A stretch of 64,000 bases of DNA from Thermoguttaceae bacterium (GTDB taxonomy: Bacteria > Planctomycetota > Planctomycetia > Pirellulales > Thermoguttaceae). Position numbers and translations under genes: made by a program. Shown in pieces: positions 27,393 to 35,720 of this stretch. The number at the start of each line of letters is the position of its first letter. Within the stretch, counting starts at the first letter, position 1. The DNA is taken from the NCBI GenBank assembly GCA_052139835.1, contig JBKQVT010000104.1:323-64322 (forward strand), given 5' to 3'. Under the pieces are notes generated by a model. That model searched no databases. It was not told the DNA's origin and worked only from the letters and a program-made list of their open reading frames with translations.

Positions 27393-28850
27393 ATGCGAAT
27401 TCTGCATTTTTCTCTGCTGGTAGTGTGCTTGGGACTGCTGGGCGGCAGTGTGGCCTGGGCGGCCGCTGACGATGCGACTTCGCCCAAGGCGGCGGAAAAG
27501 CCGGCCGCCGCCACGCCGGCGGGCCAGGACGCGGGAGTCTCGACGGCCAGCGACGCCGCCGTTCCGACGCCGCTGCCCCCGGTGGCCAAGGAAGACAAAC
27601 CGGCCGCCGCCACGCCGGCGGGCCAGGACGCGGGAGTCTCGACGGCCAGCGACGCCGCCGGCGCGCCGCCGCCGCCCCCTCCGGCCAAGGAAAACACGCC
27701 GCCCGCGAAGGCCGCCCCCCCGGAACCGCCGAAAACAGAACCGCCGAAAACAGAACCACCGAAGGTAGCATCGCCGAAGGCAGAGGCGCCGAAGGCGGCG
27801 CCGAAAAAGCAACTTACCGCCGCGCAAGTCGAACTCCGCGACCGCGTCCGCCGCACCTTGGAGGCGCAACTCCAACAGCCCTTCAACACCCGCGACAATA
27901 CGGCCGCCGACCTCATCAAGTTTTGCTGGGCCTTCGGCTGCCGAAGCGAAGTCGAGCGCGGCGATGCGCCGGGACAGAAGGTCAACGCCGTCACCTGCCT
28001 GTGCTGGGACCTTCCCTGCGGCGGATACCACCTGCTGGCGCTGGACGACGGCCGGATTGCCGCCCGCGTCGGCTACGGCCTGCAAGACGATCCCGCCCAG
28101 TTCCTGGCGATGTTGGCGTTGGCCCACGTTCCCACCGACTATCCGCTCCGCGCCGGGAAAACGGTCCGCACCGTGGCCGACCTGGTGGAGTCGGAGAAGC
28201 GCGCCTGCCGCTCCGGGGCCGACATGTCGCTGAAATTGGTCGGCCTGTCGCATTATGCCGGGCAGGAAACGTGGAAGAACAGCCTGGACGAGGACTGGTC
28301 GATCAAGCGGATGGTCGCCTCCGAGTTGGCCCGGCCGCCGGTTGCCGGACCGGGCGGGATCACGAGGCTGCTGGGGCTCAGTTGCGCGCTGAATTTGTGC
28401 GCGAGGTCGGAGACGCCGCTGGACGGGGCCTTCGGCCGCGCCAAAGCCTTCGTCGACGACTACCGGCAATACGTGCTGCGAAGTCAGAACAGCGACGGGA
28501 GCTGGAGTTTCCGGCCCGTCGCCGGCCAGGCCCCCGAGCGCGACTACGCCTGGCAGTTCCTGGCCACCGGCGAGGTCGCCGAGTGGCTGGCCTTGAGCGT
28601 GCCGGCAACGGCCCTGGAAGACCCGACGCTGGTCCGGTCGATCGAGTATCTCGACTCCATGCTCAACAGCGAGCGCTATCGCGGCAGCACGCAGGGGCTG
28701 AGCAGCCGGGACCTCGCCGCCATGGCCCACGCGATGCACGCGCTGGCGGTCTACGACGCGCGGGTCTTTCAGCCCGCCGACCCCGAGCCGGGCAAAGAAG
28801 CCAAGCCGGTCGCCACCGCCGCCAGTGGGCAGGCCGCCGCCGTGCAATAG
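27393..28850 (+). CDS. secreted protein with prenyltransferase/squalene-oxidase-type (alpha/alpha toroid) repeat region
   Basis: MRILHFSLLVVCLGLLGGSVAWA signal peptide. Pro/Ala-rich duplicated linker. QNSDGSWSF and related terpenoid-cyclase-like repeat motifs in the C-terminal ~300 aa. Confidence 0.65.
   Translation: MRILHFSLLVVCLGLLGGSVAWAAADDATSPKAAEKPAAATPAGQDAGVSTASDAAVPTPLPPVAKEDKPAAATPAGQDAGVSTASDAAGAPPPPPPAKENTPPAKAAPPEPPKTEPPKTEPPKVASPKAEAPKAAPKKQLTAAQVELRDRVRRTLEAQLQQPFNTRDNTAADLIKFCWAFGCRSEVERGDAPGQKVNAVTCLCWDLPCGGYHLLALDDGRIAARVGYGLQDDPAQFLAMLALAHVPTDYPLRAGKTVRTVADLVESEKRACRSGADMSLKLVGLSHYAGQETWKNSLDEDWSIKRMVASELARPPVAGPGGITRLLGLSCALNLCARSETPLDGAFGRAKAFVDDYRQYVLRSQNSDGSWSFRPVAGQAPERDYAWQFLATGEVAEWLALSVPATALEDPTLVRSIEYLDSMLNSERYRGSTQGLSSRDLAAMAHAMHALAVYDARVFQPADPEPGKEAKPVATAASGQAAAVQ
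27501..27660 (+). repeat. 61-bp perfect direct repeat at 99-bp spacing inside CDS 27393..28850
   Basis: 27501-27561 equals 27600-27660 exactly (encodes PAAATPAGQDAGVSTASDAA twice). An adjacent 15-bp x3 repeat lies at 27723-27767 (EPPKT). Confidence 0.9.
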
Positions 28851-28868
28851 CAAGGCGGAGCGCGGAAC

Positions 28869-29066
28869 ATGACGCCGGAAGCGGCCCTCCAGCGACAGAT
28901 CGAGTGCTACCGGCGAATGACGGGTGAGCAGCGATTGCAGATCGCCCTGGATTTGCACCAGTTTGCTTGCGATATGGCCCGCGAGGGCATCCGCCATCAG
29001 TTTCCCCAGGCCGACGAGGCGGAGGTCGAGCGCCGGCTGCGCCAGCGGCTGGAATTGGCCCGGTAA
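28869..29066 (+). CDS. small hypothetical protein (65 aa, helical)
   Basis: ATG ORF with balanced composition (MTPEAALQRQIECYRRMTGEQRLQIALDLHQFA...). No family recognised. Confidence 0.4.
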   Translation: MTPEAALQRQIECYRRMTGEQRLQIALDLHQFACDMAREGIRHQFPQADEAEVERRLRQRLELAR

Positions 29067-29140
29067 TGGGGATCGTAGGATGGGTCGAGGGGCACCACGC
29101 GCAGCGTGGTCGCGAGCCCCACCGACTGCAGTTTGCGGTC

Positions 29141-29935
29141 CTATTCTGTCGCCTGTTGCAGCACGCCGGAGTAGAGAAGCTCCTCGCCCGCGGCCGTCTC
29201 CAGCCGCAAGGCCCCGTCGGGGGCGATGCCGCGGCAGACGCCGGTGAGCAGCCGCCGGCCGCGCTGCACGCGGAGCGTACGGCCATGTTGCACACAAAGG
29301 GCGTCGGCGCGGGCGGCAATCCGCGGGCCGTCGCAAGCCAGGCCGGCGAAGTTCCGCTCCAAATGACCCATCAGGCCGATAAGGATCTGCGTCTGGTCCT
29401 GTGGCCGGCCGGTCAGGTCGCGGAGCGTGGCCGCTTGCTCGCGCAGCTCCGGCGGGGCGTCGGCGAGCGAGTTGTTGGTGTTGATGCCGATGCCCACGAC
29501 GTGCCGCCCGTCGGCGAGCGCTTCGATGAGAATGCCCGAGAGCTTCCGCGGGCCGACCAGCACGTCGTTGGGCCACGCCAGGCCCACCTGGTGGTCCGGC
29601 AGCAGCGGAGCGACGCTCTCGGCGACGGCGACGGCGGCGGCCAGGGCGGCCAGCGGGGCACGGCTTCGCAGCGGCGCGGAAAGCTGCCGTGGCCCCAGCA
29701 GCAGGCTCATGGCCAGGCCGCCCCCGCCCGTCCACCAGCGGTTGGCCCCCCTGCCCCGTCCGGCCGTTTGCTCGTCGGCGAGAATCAGCAAGGGCAGCTC
29801 GTGGTCGCCTTCGGCCGCGGCCTGGATCGCCCGATCATTGGTCGAGCGCAGCGTCGCATGGTGCTCGATCCGCACGACGAACGTCTCGTGCAGGACGCGC
29901 TCGGTGTCGATGGAATTTGGGGTGGATGGGGGCAT
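29141..29935 (-). CDS. birA: biotin--[acetyl-CoA-carboxylase] ligase
   Basis: ADEQTAGRGRGANRWWT (GRGRxGR biotin-loop motif), LAWPNDVLVGPRKLSGILIE. 264 aa with no N-terminal HTH visible, so a group I ligase. Confidence 0.85.
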   Translation of the reverse strand: MPPSTPNSIDTERVLHETFVVRIEHHATLRSTNDRAIQAAAEGDHELPLLILADEQTAGRGRGANRWWTGGGGLAMSLLLGPRQLSAPLRSRAPLAALAAAVAVAESVAPLLPDHQVGLAWPNDVLVGPRKLSGILIEALADGRHVVGIGINTNNSLADAPPELREQAATLRDLTGRPQDQTQILIGLMGHLERNFAGLACDGPRIAARADALCVQHGRTLRVQRGRRLLTGVCRGIAPDGALRLETAAGEELLYSGVLQQATE

Positions 29936-29942
29936 GAGGAAA

Positions 29943-30043
29943 AGGAGTTAGAAGTTAGGAGTTAGGAGTTAGAATCGCGGGGGGGTCGAGACAGATCTGC
30001 TTTCCGGGGGCTCTTAACTTGAAACTCCTAACTTCTAACTCCT
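29943..30043 (-). repeat. octamer-array hairpin, (GGAGTTAG)n arms, upstream of birA
   Basis: 29943-29963 is perfectly complementary (21/21) to 30023-30043. Further degenerate CTAACT units extend to ~30067. Confidence 0.85.
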
Positions 30044-30161
30044 AAATTCTAACTGTTAACTTCTTCCAGCGAAACCGACCTTGACTGGGCGGCCTATCCT
30101 TGTTATCTAACGGCCCTTGCCAAGGACTTATCTGTGGTTTTCTCATCGGGAACCCGCCTCC

Positions 30162-31355
30162 GTGAGGGGACTGGTGGTCAGGATCGCCAGAATTACCTGC
30201 TGCCTGTGTGTGGCCACTGCGGTGCTTGTCTCGGCTGCGGCCATGGGGCAAACGCCGCGGGTGCAGTTCGGCTCGATGGTCGACGGGCCGGAGGCGGCGC
30301 CCGGCGCCGCGCCGGCGACGCCGCCGATGACTTCCCCGAATCCGTCGCCGGCGCCGGCCCTTGCTCCGGGGCCGGATCCGATGGCTGCTGGTGCGGCCCC
30401 GATGGCGACGCTCGGCGGGCCGATCCAGCCCGCGCCGACCTGGGACCCTTATGCCACGCCGCCGGCCGGCTCGGGGGCCGTGTTGCCCGCGGGGCCCTAT
30501 CTCGACTGGGGTAATCCGGCGGCCAGCGTCGCCCAACTGCAGAAGTTCCGCGTGGAGACGCGGGCCGATTACCACTACTTTGCCCCGGAGGGGTCGAATC
30601 CCCTGGGGTTCAATCAGCTCGAGCTCAGCACCACGCTGGCCATTCCCGTCCTGAAGAGCAAGCTGTTGATCACCCCCGGTTTTGCCACGTATTTCTGGCA
30701 GGGGCCGAACTCGAAGCTGCCCCCGCCCGCGCCGGCCGATATGCCGGCGGACACGTTCGACGCCTATCTCGATGCGGCGTGGAACCCGCACATCAACGAC
30801 CGCTTTAGCGGCGAGCTGTCGCTCCGCGGCGGCGTCTATTCCGACTTCCGCGGCATCGACGAGGACAGCATCCGGCTGACCGGGACTGCGCTGGCGGTGA
30901 TGCAGATCAACCAGATCACGCAACTCAAGCTCGGCATCTGGTATCTGAACCGGGTCCAGTACAAGATTTTGCCGACCTTCGGCGTTGTCTGGTCGCCCAA
31001 CGACAACGTCCGCTTCGACATCCTCTTTCCCAATCCCAAGTACAGCCAGCGGCTCAATGCGATGGGCGGCATGGACTGGTGGTGGTATCTCTCCGGCGAC
31101 TACGGCGGCGACGCCTGGACGATCCGGCGCGGCAAGGAGCCGGGCACCATCGTGGGCGGCCAACTCGACGAGGTAGACTACAACGACATCCGCATCGCCC
31201 TGGGCCTGGAGTTCAAGCGACCCGGCGGGTTGGGACTGTCGGGACTCTTCGAGATCGGCGGGGCCTTCGACCGGCATCTCGATTACGCCAGCGGAGAGCC
31301 CGGCAGTTACGCGGCGTCCTCGACGGTCTTCTTGCGCGGGAGCCTGGCCTTCTGA
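30162..31355 (+). CDS. putative outer-membrane beta-barrel protein (paralog 1)
   Basis: Signal peptide VRGLVVRIARITCCLCVATAVLVSAAA. Alternating amphipathic strands. C-terminal ...VFLRGSLAF (terminal aromatic). Start GTG 30162 within ORF 30117..31355. Confidence 0.6.
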   Translation: MRGLVVRIARITCCLCVATAVLVSAAAMGQTPRVQFGSMVDGPEAAPGAAPATPPMTSPNPSPAPALAPGPDPMAAGAAPMATLGGPIQPAPTWDPYATPPAGSGAVLPAGPYLDWGNPAASVAQLQKFRVETRADYHYFAPEGSNPLGFNQLELSTTLAIPVLKSKLLITPGFATYFWQGPNSKLPPPAPADMPADTFDAYLDAAWNPHINDRFSGELSLRGGVYSDFRGIDEDSIRLTGTALAVMQINQITQLKLGIWYLNRVQYKILPTFGVVWSPNDNVRFDILFPNPKYSQRLNAMGGMDWWWYLSGDYGGDAWTIRRGKEPGTIVGGQLDEVDYNDIRIALGLEFKRPGGLGLSGLFEIGGAFDRHLDYASGEPGSYAASSTVFLRGSLAF

Positions 31356-31356
31356 G

Positions 31357-32481
31357 ATGCACTCCCAGGCAGCGGCGATCGCCGGTTCCATCTCGGACAG
31401 ATTCTCGTCGCGGCGCGCGGGACAGCCCTTTCTCCGCCTGAGCTGTTGTCTCGCCCTGACCGCGTTGGCATGTTGTCTGGCCGGGCCGGCCTGCGGCCAG
31501 GTGATGCGGATGCCGGCCAGCGACGCGGCCGACCAGGCCGATCCGGACGCGACAACGCCCCCCTACTACTTTCCCATCCAGCGGCTTTCACCGCTGGGCG
31601 CGGATCCCGGCGCCGCCGCGGCCGCGATGGAGTCGGCCCCCGCGCCGGGCAGCGACGGCGCCACGGCGCCGGCGACCGACCTGCTCCGCGGCGCCCGGCC
31701 GGGGGTGTTCCAGAAGCTTCTCTTCGAGGGCTCCTGGCTGCCCCGCAATGGCGGCAACGGCTTTGGATTCGACACCCTCGAACTGAAGGCGGTCTTCGGG
31801 CTGCCTTGCCCGACGCGGGAGTATCCGCTCTTGATCACCCCCGGGTTTGCCGTGCATTACCTGGACGGGCCGGCGGCCGTCGTGCTGCCCTCGCGGCTCT
31901 ACGACGCCTACGTGGAGTTTCGCTGGCTGGGGCACGTGACGCCGCGGCTGGGCTTCGACATCGCGGTCACGCCCGGCGAGGCCAGCGACTTCCGCCAGGA
32001 TGACAGCCATGCCCTGCGGATCACCGGGCACGGCATCGCCGCCTGGACGTGGACGCCCACGCTCAAGCTGGTGTTGGGGGCCGACTATCTCGACCGCACG
32101 GACGTGCCGCTGTTGCCGGTGGCCGGGCTGATTTGGACGCCCGACGACGACACCAAGTTCGCGCTGGTCTTTCCGCAACCGAAGATTTCCCGCCGCGTCT
32201 ATTGGAGCGGCATCCACAACGACGACGTTCAGGATTGGGTCTACGTCGGCGGCGAGCTGGGCGGCGGCACCTGGGCCATCCGCCGCAGCGACGGCGCCGA
32301 CGACCTGCTGAACTATCGCGACCTGCGGGCCTTTCTCGGCATCGAGCGGCAGGCCATCGGCAGGATCAACCCGCGGCTGGAAATCGGCTATGTCTTCGCC
32401 CGCAAGCTCGATTTGGACCAGGCGGCGACGGATTACTATCCCCGCGACACGCTGATGCTCCGCGGGGCGCTGGTCTATTGA
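31357..32481 (+). CDS. putative outer-membrane beta-barrel protein (paralog 2)
   Basis: ATG 1 nt after the paralog 1 stop. Collinear with paralog 1 (LLITPGFA..Y..GP, DAY(L/V), IW(S/T)P(N/D)D..(R/K)F..(L/V)FP(N/Q)PK). Ends ...LMLRGALVY. Confidence 0.6.
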   Translation: MHSQAAAIAGSISDRFSSRRAGQPFLRLSCCLALTALACCLAGPACGQVMRMPASDAADQADPDATTPPYYFPIQRLSPLGADPGAAAAAMESAPAPGSDGATAPATDLLRGARPGVFQKLLFEGSWLPRNGGNGFGFDTLELKAVFGLPCPTREYPLLITPGFAVHYLDGPAAVVLPSRLYDAYVEFRWLGHVTPRLGFDIAVTPGEASDFRQDDSHALRITGHGIAAWTWTPTLKLVLGADYLDRTDVPLLPVAGLIWTPDDDTKFALVFPQPKISRRVYWSGIHNDDVQDWVYVGGELGGGTWAIRRSDGADDLLNYRDLRAFLGIERQAIGRINPRLEIGYVFARKLDLDQAATDYYPRDTLMLRGALVY

Positions 32482-32582
32482 GCCGGTGTGCCTTTGCGCC
32501 GCGTTGTTCGGCGCATTCTTTGGCGGGCCGGCGCCGGCCTTGTCGAGTATCTCAGCGGACGGCGTTGGCCGGCATGTTATTC

Positions 32583-32711
32583 GTTTCTGTTGCGGAAGGC
32601 TGGGTGCCACTGCTGGCTTGTCCAGCAGTGCCGATGCGTTGCCCCACCACACTGCTGGGCAAGCCAGCAGTGGCACCCGAAAACCCGTTTGCCGCCTTCC
32701 GCAACAGAAAC
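32583..32711. repeat. 129-bp three-tier near-perfect palindrome
   Basis: Arms 32583-32600/32694-32711 (18/18), 32602-32620/32661-32679 (19/19) and 32622-32630/32650-32658 (9/9). Each half can also fold on itself (CACTGCTGG-N5-CCAGCAGTG). Confidence 0.9.
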
Positions 32712-32925
32712 ATATTCGAGGGCAGCCTGACCATCCCTCTCTTTCTTCCCGTAAATTTGCGCCCTTGCGTCTTTGCGCCTTGGCGTAGAATCCATTTGCC
32801 CAGGGATGATGCCACGGCCTTGGTGCTTGTTGGTGTTGTTTCCATGGAATTCCCCGACGCCGCTGGCTATACTGGACCACAAACGTAAATCGTTCCCACC
32901 CCTCCGCCCGCAAAGGAGACTCGAC

Positions 32926-33954
32926 GTGACGTTGCGCCTTCCCTGCTTTGTGCTGCTTTTGGTGGCGTGCGGCCTGCGGGCCGCCACGGCGCAGGAGCCG
33001 GTAGCCGGCCCGCCGCGCGAGGCCACCAACTCCATCGACATGAAATTGGTGCTGATCCCGGCCGGGGAATTCATGATGGGCAGCACCGAGCCCAGAGACG
33101 ATCTGCTGAAGGCCGCCGCGGCGTACAAGGGCGGGATCAAAGAGAACGACTTCTTCAAGGACGAATATCCCCGCCACCGCGTGCGGATCACCAAGCCCTT
33201 CTACCTGGGTCGATGCGAAGTGACGATCGGGCAGTTCAAGAAGTTCGTCGACGACACCGGCTTCAAGACGGCCGCGGAACGCAGCGACGCCGGCCGCACG
33301 GACGAGGAGCGGCATGACCGCGCCCGCCGCGGCAACGGCGGCTGGGGATTCAATCCGCAGACCGGCAAGTGCGAGGGACGCAATCCCAAGTTCAACTGGC
33401 GCAACACCGGCTTCCCCCAAACCGACGACCAACCCGTGGTGGACGTCACCTGGTACGACGCCGTGGCCTTCTGCCAATGGCTCAGCCGCAAGGAGGGCAA
33501 GACCTACCGCCTGCCCACCGAGGCCCAGTGGGAATACGCCTGCCGGGCCGGGACTACCACGCGCTACTCCAACGGCGACGATCCCAGCCAGCTCAGCCGC
33601 GTGGCCAATGTGCAGGACCCCACCGGCCGCAGCGAATTGCCGCACGTGCAGGAGATCATCATGCCCAAGGACGGCAAGTTCACCGTGGCGGTGGGCAGTC
33701 TGCCGCCCAACAAATTCGGGCTCTGCGACATGCACGGCAACGCCTGGGAGTGGTGCTCCGACCGCTACGGCGAGGACTACTATGCCAAGTCGCCGGTGGA
33801 CGATCCGACGGGCCCGGAGACGGGCGGGCGCCGCGTTCGCCGGGGCGGGGGGTGGAACAGCTTCCCGCTCTTTGCCCGCGCTTCGTTCCGCAATTGGAAC
33901 GTGCCCGAGAGCCGCTGCGTGAACCTCGGTTTTCGCGTCCTCCGCGAGCCCTGA
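32926..33954 (+). CDS. formylglycine-generating enzyme (SUMF1/FGE-sulfatase) family protein
   Basis: AAGGAG 7 nt upstream of GTG 32926. Signal peptide. MKLVLIPAGEFMMGS, HRVRITKPFYLGRCEVT, PVVDVTWYDAVAFCQWLS, YRLPTEAQWEYACRAG, GLCDMHGNAWEWC, RVRRGGGW, LGFRV. Confidence 0.9.
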   Translation: MTLRLPCFVLLLVACGLRAATAQEPVAGPPREATNSIDMKLVLIPAGEFMMGSTEPRDDLLKAAAAYKGGIKENDFFKDEYPRHRVRITKPFYLGRCEVTIGQFKKFVDDTGFKTAAERSDAGRTDEERHDRARRGNGGWGFNPQTGKCEGRNPKFNWRNTGFPQTDDQPVVDVTWYDAVAFCQWLSRKEGKTYRLPTEAQWEYACRAGTTTRYSNGDDPSQLSRVANVQDPTGRSELPHVQEIIMPKDGKFTVAVGSLPPNKFGLCDMHGNAWEWCSDRYGEDYYAKSPVDDPTGPETGGRRVRRGGGWNSFPLFARASFRNWNVPESRCVNLGFRVLREP

Positions 33955-34044
33955 CCGGGGGGAGCCTTTACATTCCCGCCGGAACAGGGTATCACTAGGT
34001 CTCCTGGGCAGTCCGCCGACTAATTTCCCCCGGAGACCGAAGGG

Positions 34045-34860
34045 ATGAGCGAGGACCTATCCGCGCCGCAAACGCCTCCCACCGCGCCCCGCTGGCAGCC
34101 GCTGGGGGCGCTCGACCGCCGCGTGCTGGGCGTGTTGGCCGAAAAGGCCAAAACCACCCCCGACGCCTATCCCATGTCGCTCAACGGCATCGCCACCGGC
34201 TGCAATCAGAAGAGCAACCGCGATCCGCTCATGCAACTCGAGCCCGACGACGTGGCGGAATCGCTCGAACGGCTTCGCCAAATGGGGGCCGTCGGCATGG
34301 TCGAAGGCTACGGCCGGGTGACGAAGTACCGGCACTACCTCTACGATTGGCTGGGGATCGAGAAGATCGAGCTGTCGGTGATGACCGAATTATTGCTGCG
34401 GGGGGCGCAGACCGAGGGGGAGCTGCGCGGCCGGGTGTCGCGCATGGACCCGGTTCCGGACCTGCCGGCCCTGCGGACGCTGTTGACGTCGTTGGAGGCC
34501 AAGGGGCTGGTGCTTTCGCTCACGCCCGAGGGGCGCGGGCACGTCGTCAGCCACGCCTTGTATACGCCGCGGGAGTTGGAACATCTGCGGGCGCAGCACG
34601 GGCATGGGCGGGCGGCGGCGTTTCTGCGCGAAGATGGGCCCGTGGGACCGGCCCCGGTGGCCCTGCCGGGCGTCGCCGGCGGTCCGGCCGACATGCCGGC
34701 CCCGCCGACCGGCCAGGCCGGCAGCGAGGCCCTCCGCCGCGATCTTGGGGAGCTTCGCGAGCAGATCGCGCTCGTGCGCGGCGAATTGCAAGACCTCGCG
34801 GCCCGGCAAGAGCGGATGGAAGACGACGTCCGCAATCTGAAGGATGCCCTGGGCAGCTAG
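34045..34860 (+). CDS. DUF480 (YceH-like) family protein with C-terminal coiled-coil extension
   Basis: LDRRVLGVLAEKAKTTPDAYPMSLNGIATGCNQKSNRDPLM...RVTKYRH...ELSVMTELLLRGAQTEGELR parallels E. coli YceH. Confidence 0.75.
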   Translation: MSEDLSAPQTPPTAPRWQPLGALDRRVLGVLAEKAKTTPDAYPMSLNGIATGCNQKSNRDPLMQLEPDDVAESLERLRQMGAVGMVEGYGRVTKYRHYLYDWLGIEKIELSVMTELLLRGAQTEGELRGRVSRMDPVPDLPALRTLLTSLEAKGLVLSLTPEGRGHVVSHALYTPRELEHLRAQHGHGRAAAFLREDGPVGPAPVALPGVAGGPADMPAPPTGQAGSEALRRDLGELREQIALVRGELQDLAARQERMEDDVRNLKDALGS

Positions 34861-34939
34861 GTGACGTGTGCCACTGGCACCCTGCCCGGTCAAGCCGATT
34901 CCTTCCGAAAAACTGCTTTCCCTGCGGGCAGATTCTGCG

Positions 34940-34945
34940 TATAAT
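34940..34945 (+). promoter_or_regulatory. candidate -10 box (TATAAT) for the cytidylate-kinase-like gene
   Basis: Perfect TATAAT 62 nt upstream of ATG 35007. Only a weak -35 (CTTTCC) at 17-nt spacing. Confidence 0.3.
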
Positions 34946-35006
34946 ACACGTGGGACCTTGATGCGTTCCCTCCTCCTCGACACCCTTCTTTTCTCTCAGG
35001 AGGTGG

Positions 35007-35720
35007 ATGATGAACACGCAAATCCACGAGGATCCGCGAATCGCCGCCGCGGTGGAGCGGCGGACCCAGGCCTGGACACATACCCAGGAGGTGGCGGACC
35101 GTGCCGTGCAAGGGGCCTTGCGGCTGCGGCTGGCCGCCTGCGGCCGCACCTACGTGGCCATCTCCCGCGAGGCCGGGGTCGACGCCGGCGAGATCGCCCG
35201 CCTGCTGGGACAACGGCTGGGCTGGGAAGTCCTCGACCGCACCCTGCTGGACCGCGTCGCCGAGCGGCTCCACGAACCCCGCAGCATGGTGAACCTGGTC
35301 GACGAAACCCAGGCCAACTGGGCCTATGACGTGCTGGGCGCCTGGATGGACGGCCAGATCGTTACCCACGAGAAGTACGTGGCTTGCTTGACGCGGGTGG
35401 TCCGGGCGGCCGGGCGACGCGGCAAGGTCATTTTCGTCGGCCGCGGGGCGCAGTTCCTCCTCCCCCGGGAGACGGGGCTGGCCGTGCGGCTGGTCGCCGG
35501 GGAAAAATTCCGCGTCCAGCGGCTCATCGAGCGCCACGCCCTGGACGAGGCCGCGGCGCGGCGACTGATGCTGAAGACCGACCACGACCGCCGGGACTTT
35601 GTGGGCCGCTACTTCCACCGCGACACGAACGATCCGCACCTCTACGACCTGGTGCTGAACGTGGAGCGGCTGGGGCCGGCCGCCGTGGTGGACCAGATCG
35701 TCGCCGCGCTCTGCCGGTAG
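35007..35720 (+). CDS. cytidylate-kinase-like family protein
   Basis: AGGAGG upstream of ATG. YVAISREAGVDAGEIARLLGQRLGWEVLDRTLLDRVAE ... VIFVGRGAQFLLP ... HLYDLVLN is typical of the CMP-kinase-like family lacking a canonical P-loop. Confidence 0.65.
   Translation: MMNTQIHEDPRIAAAVERRTQAWTHTQEVADRAVQGALRLRLAACGRTYVAISREAGVDAGEIARLLGQRLGWEVLDRTLLDRVAERLHEPRSMVNLVDETQANWAYDVLGAWMDGQIVTHEKYVACLTRVVRAAGRRGKVIFVGRGAQFLLPRETGLAVRLVAGEKFRVQRLIERHALDEAAARRLMLKTDHDRRDFVGRYFHRDTNDPHLYDLVLNVERLGPAAVVDQIVAALCR

Noticed and set aside
28869-29066. 65-aa helical protein as an orphan antitoxin
   Set aside because: There is no adjacent toxin-like partner (the next gene is convergent birA) and no recognisable RHH, HTH or Phd motif. 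I kept it only as a low-confidence hypothetical CDS.
35642-35720. 79-nt convergent overlap of the cytidylate-kinase-like and M50 protease CDS 3' ends as a possible frameshift or antisense regulation
   Set aside because: Both frames are uninterrupted and both proteins look complete. The M50 tail after its last TM helix is probably unstructured. Overlap of this size is common in GC-rich genomes where stop codons are rare, and I see no evidence of anything more.
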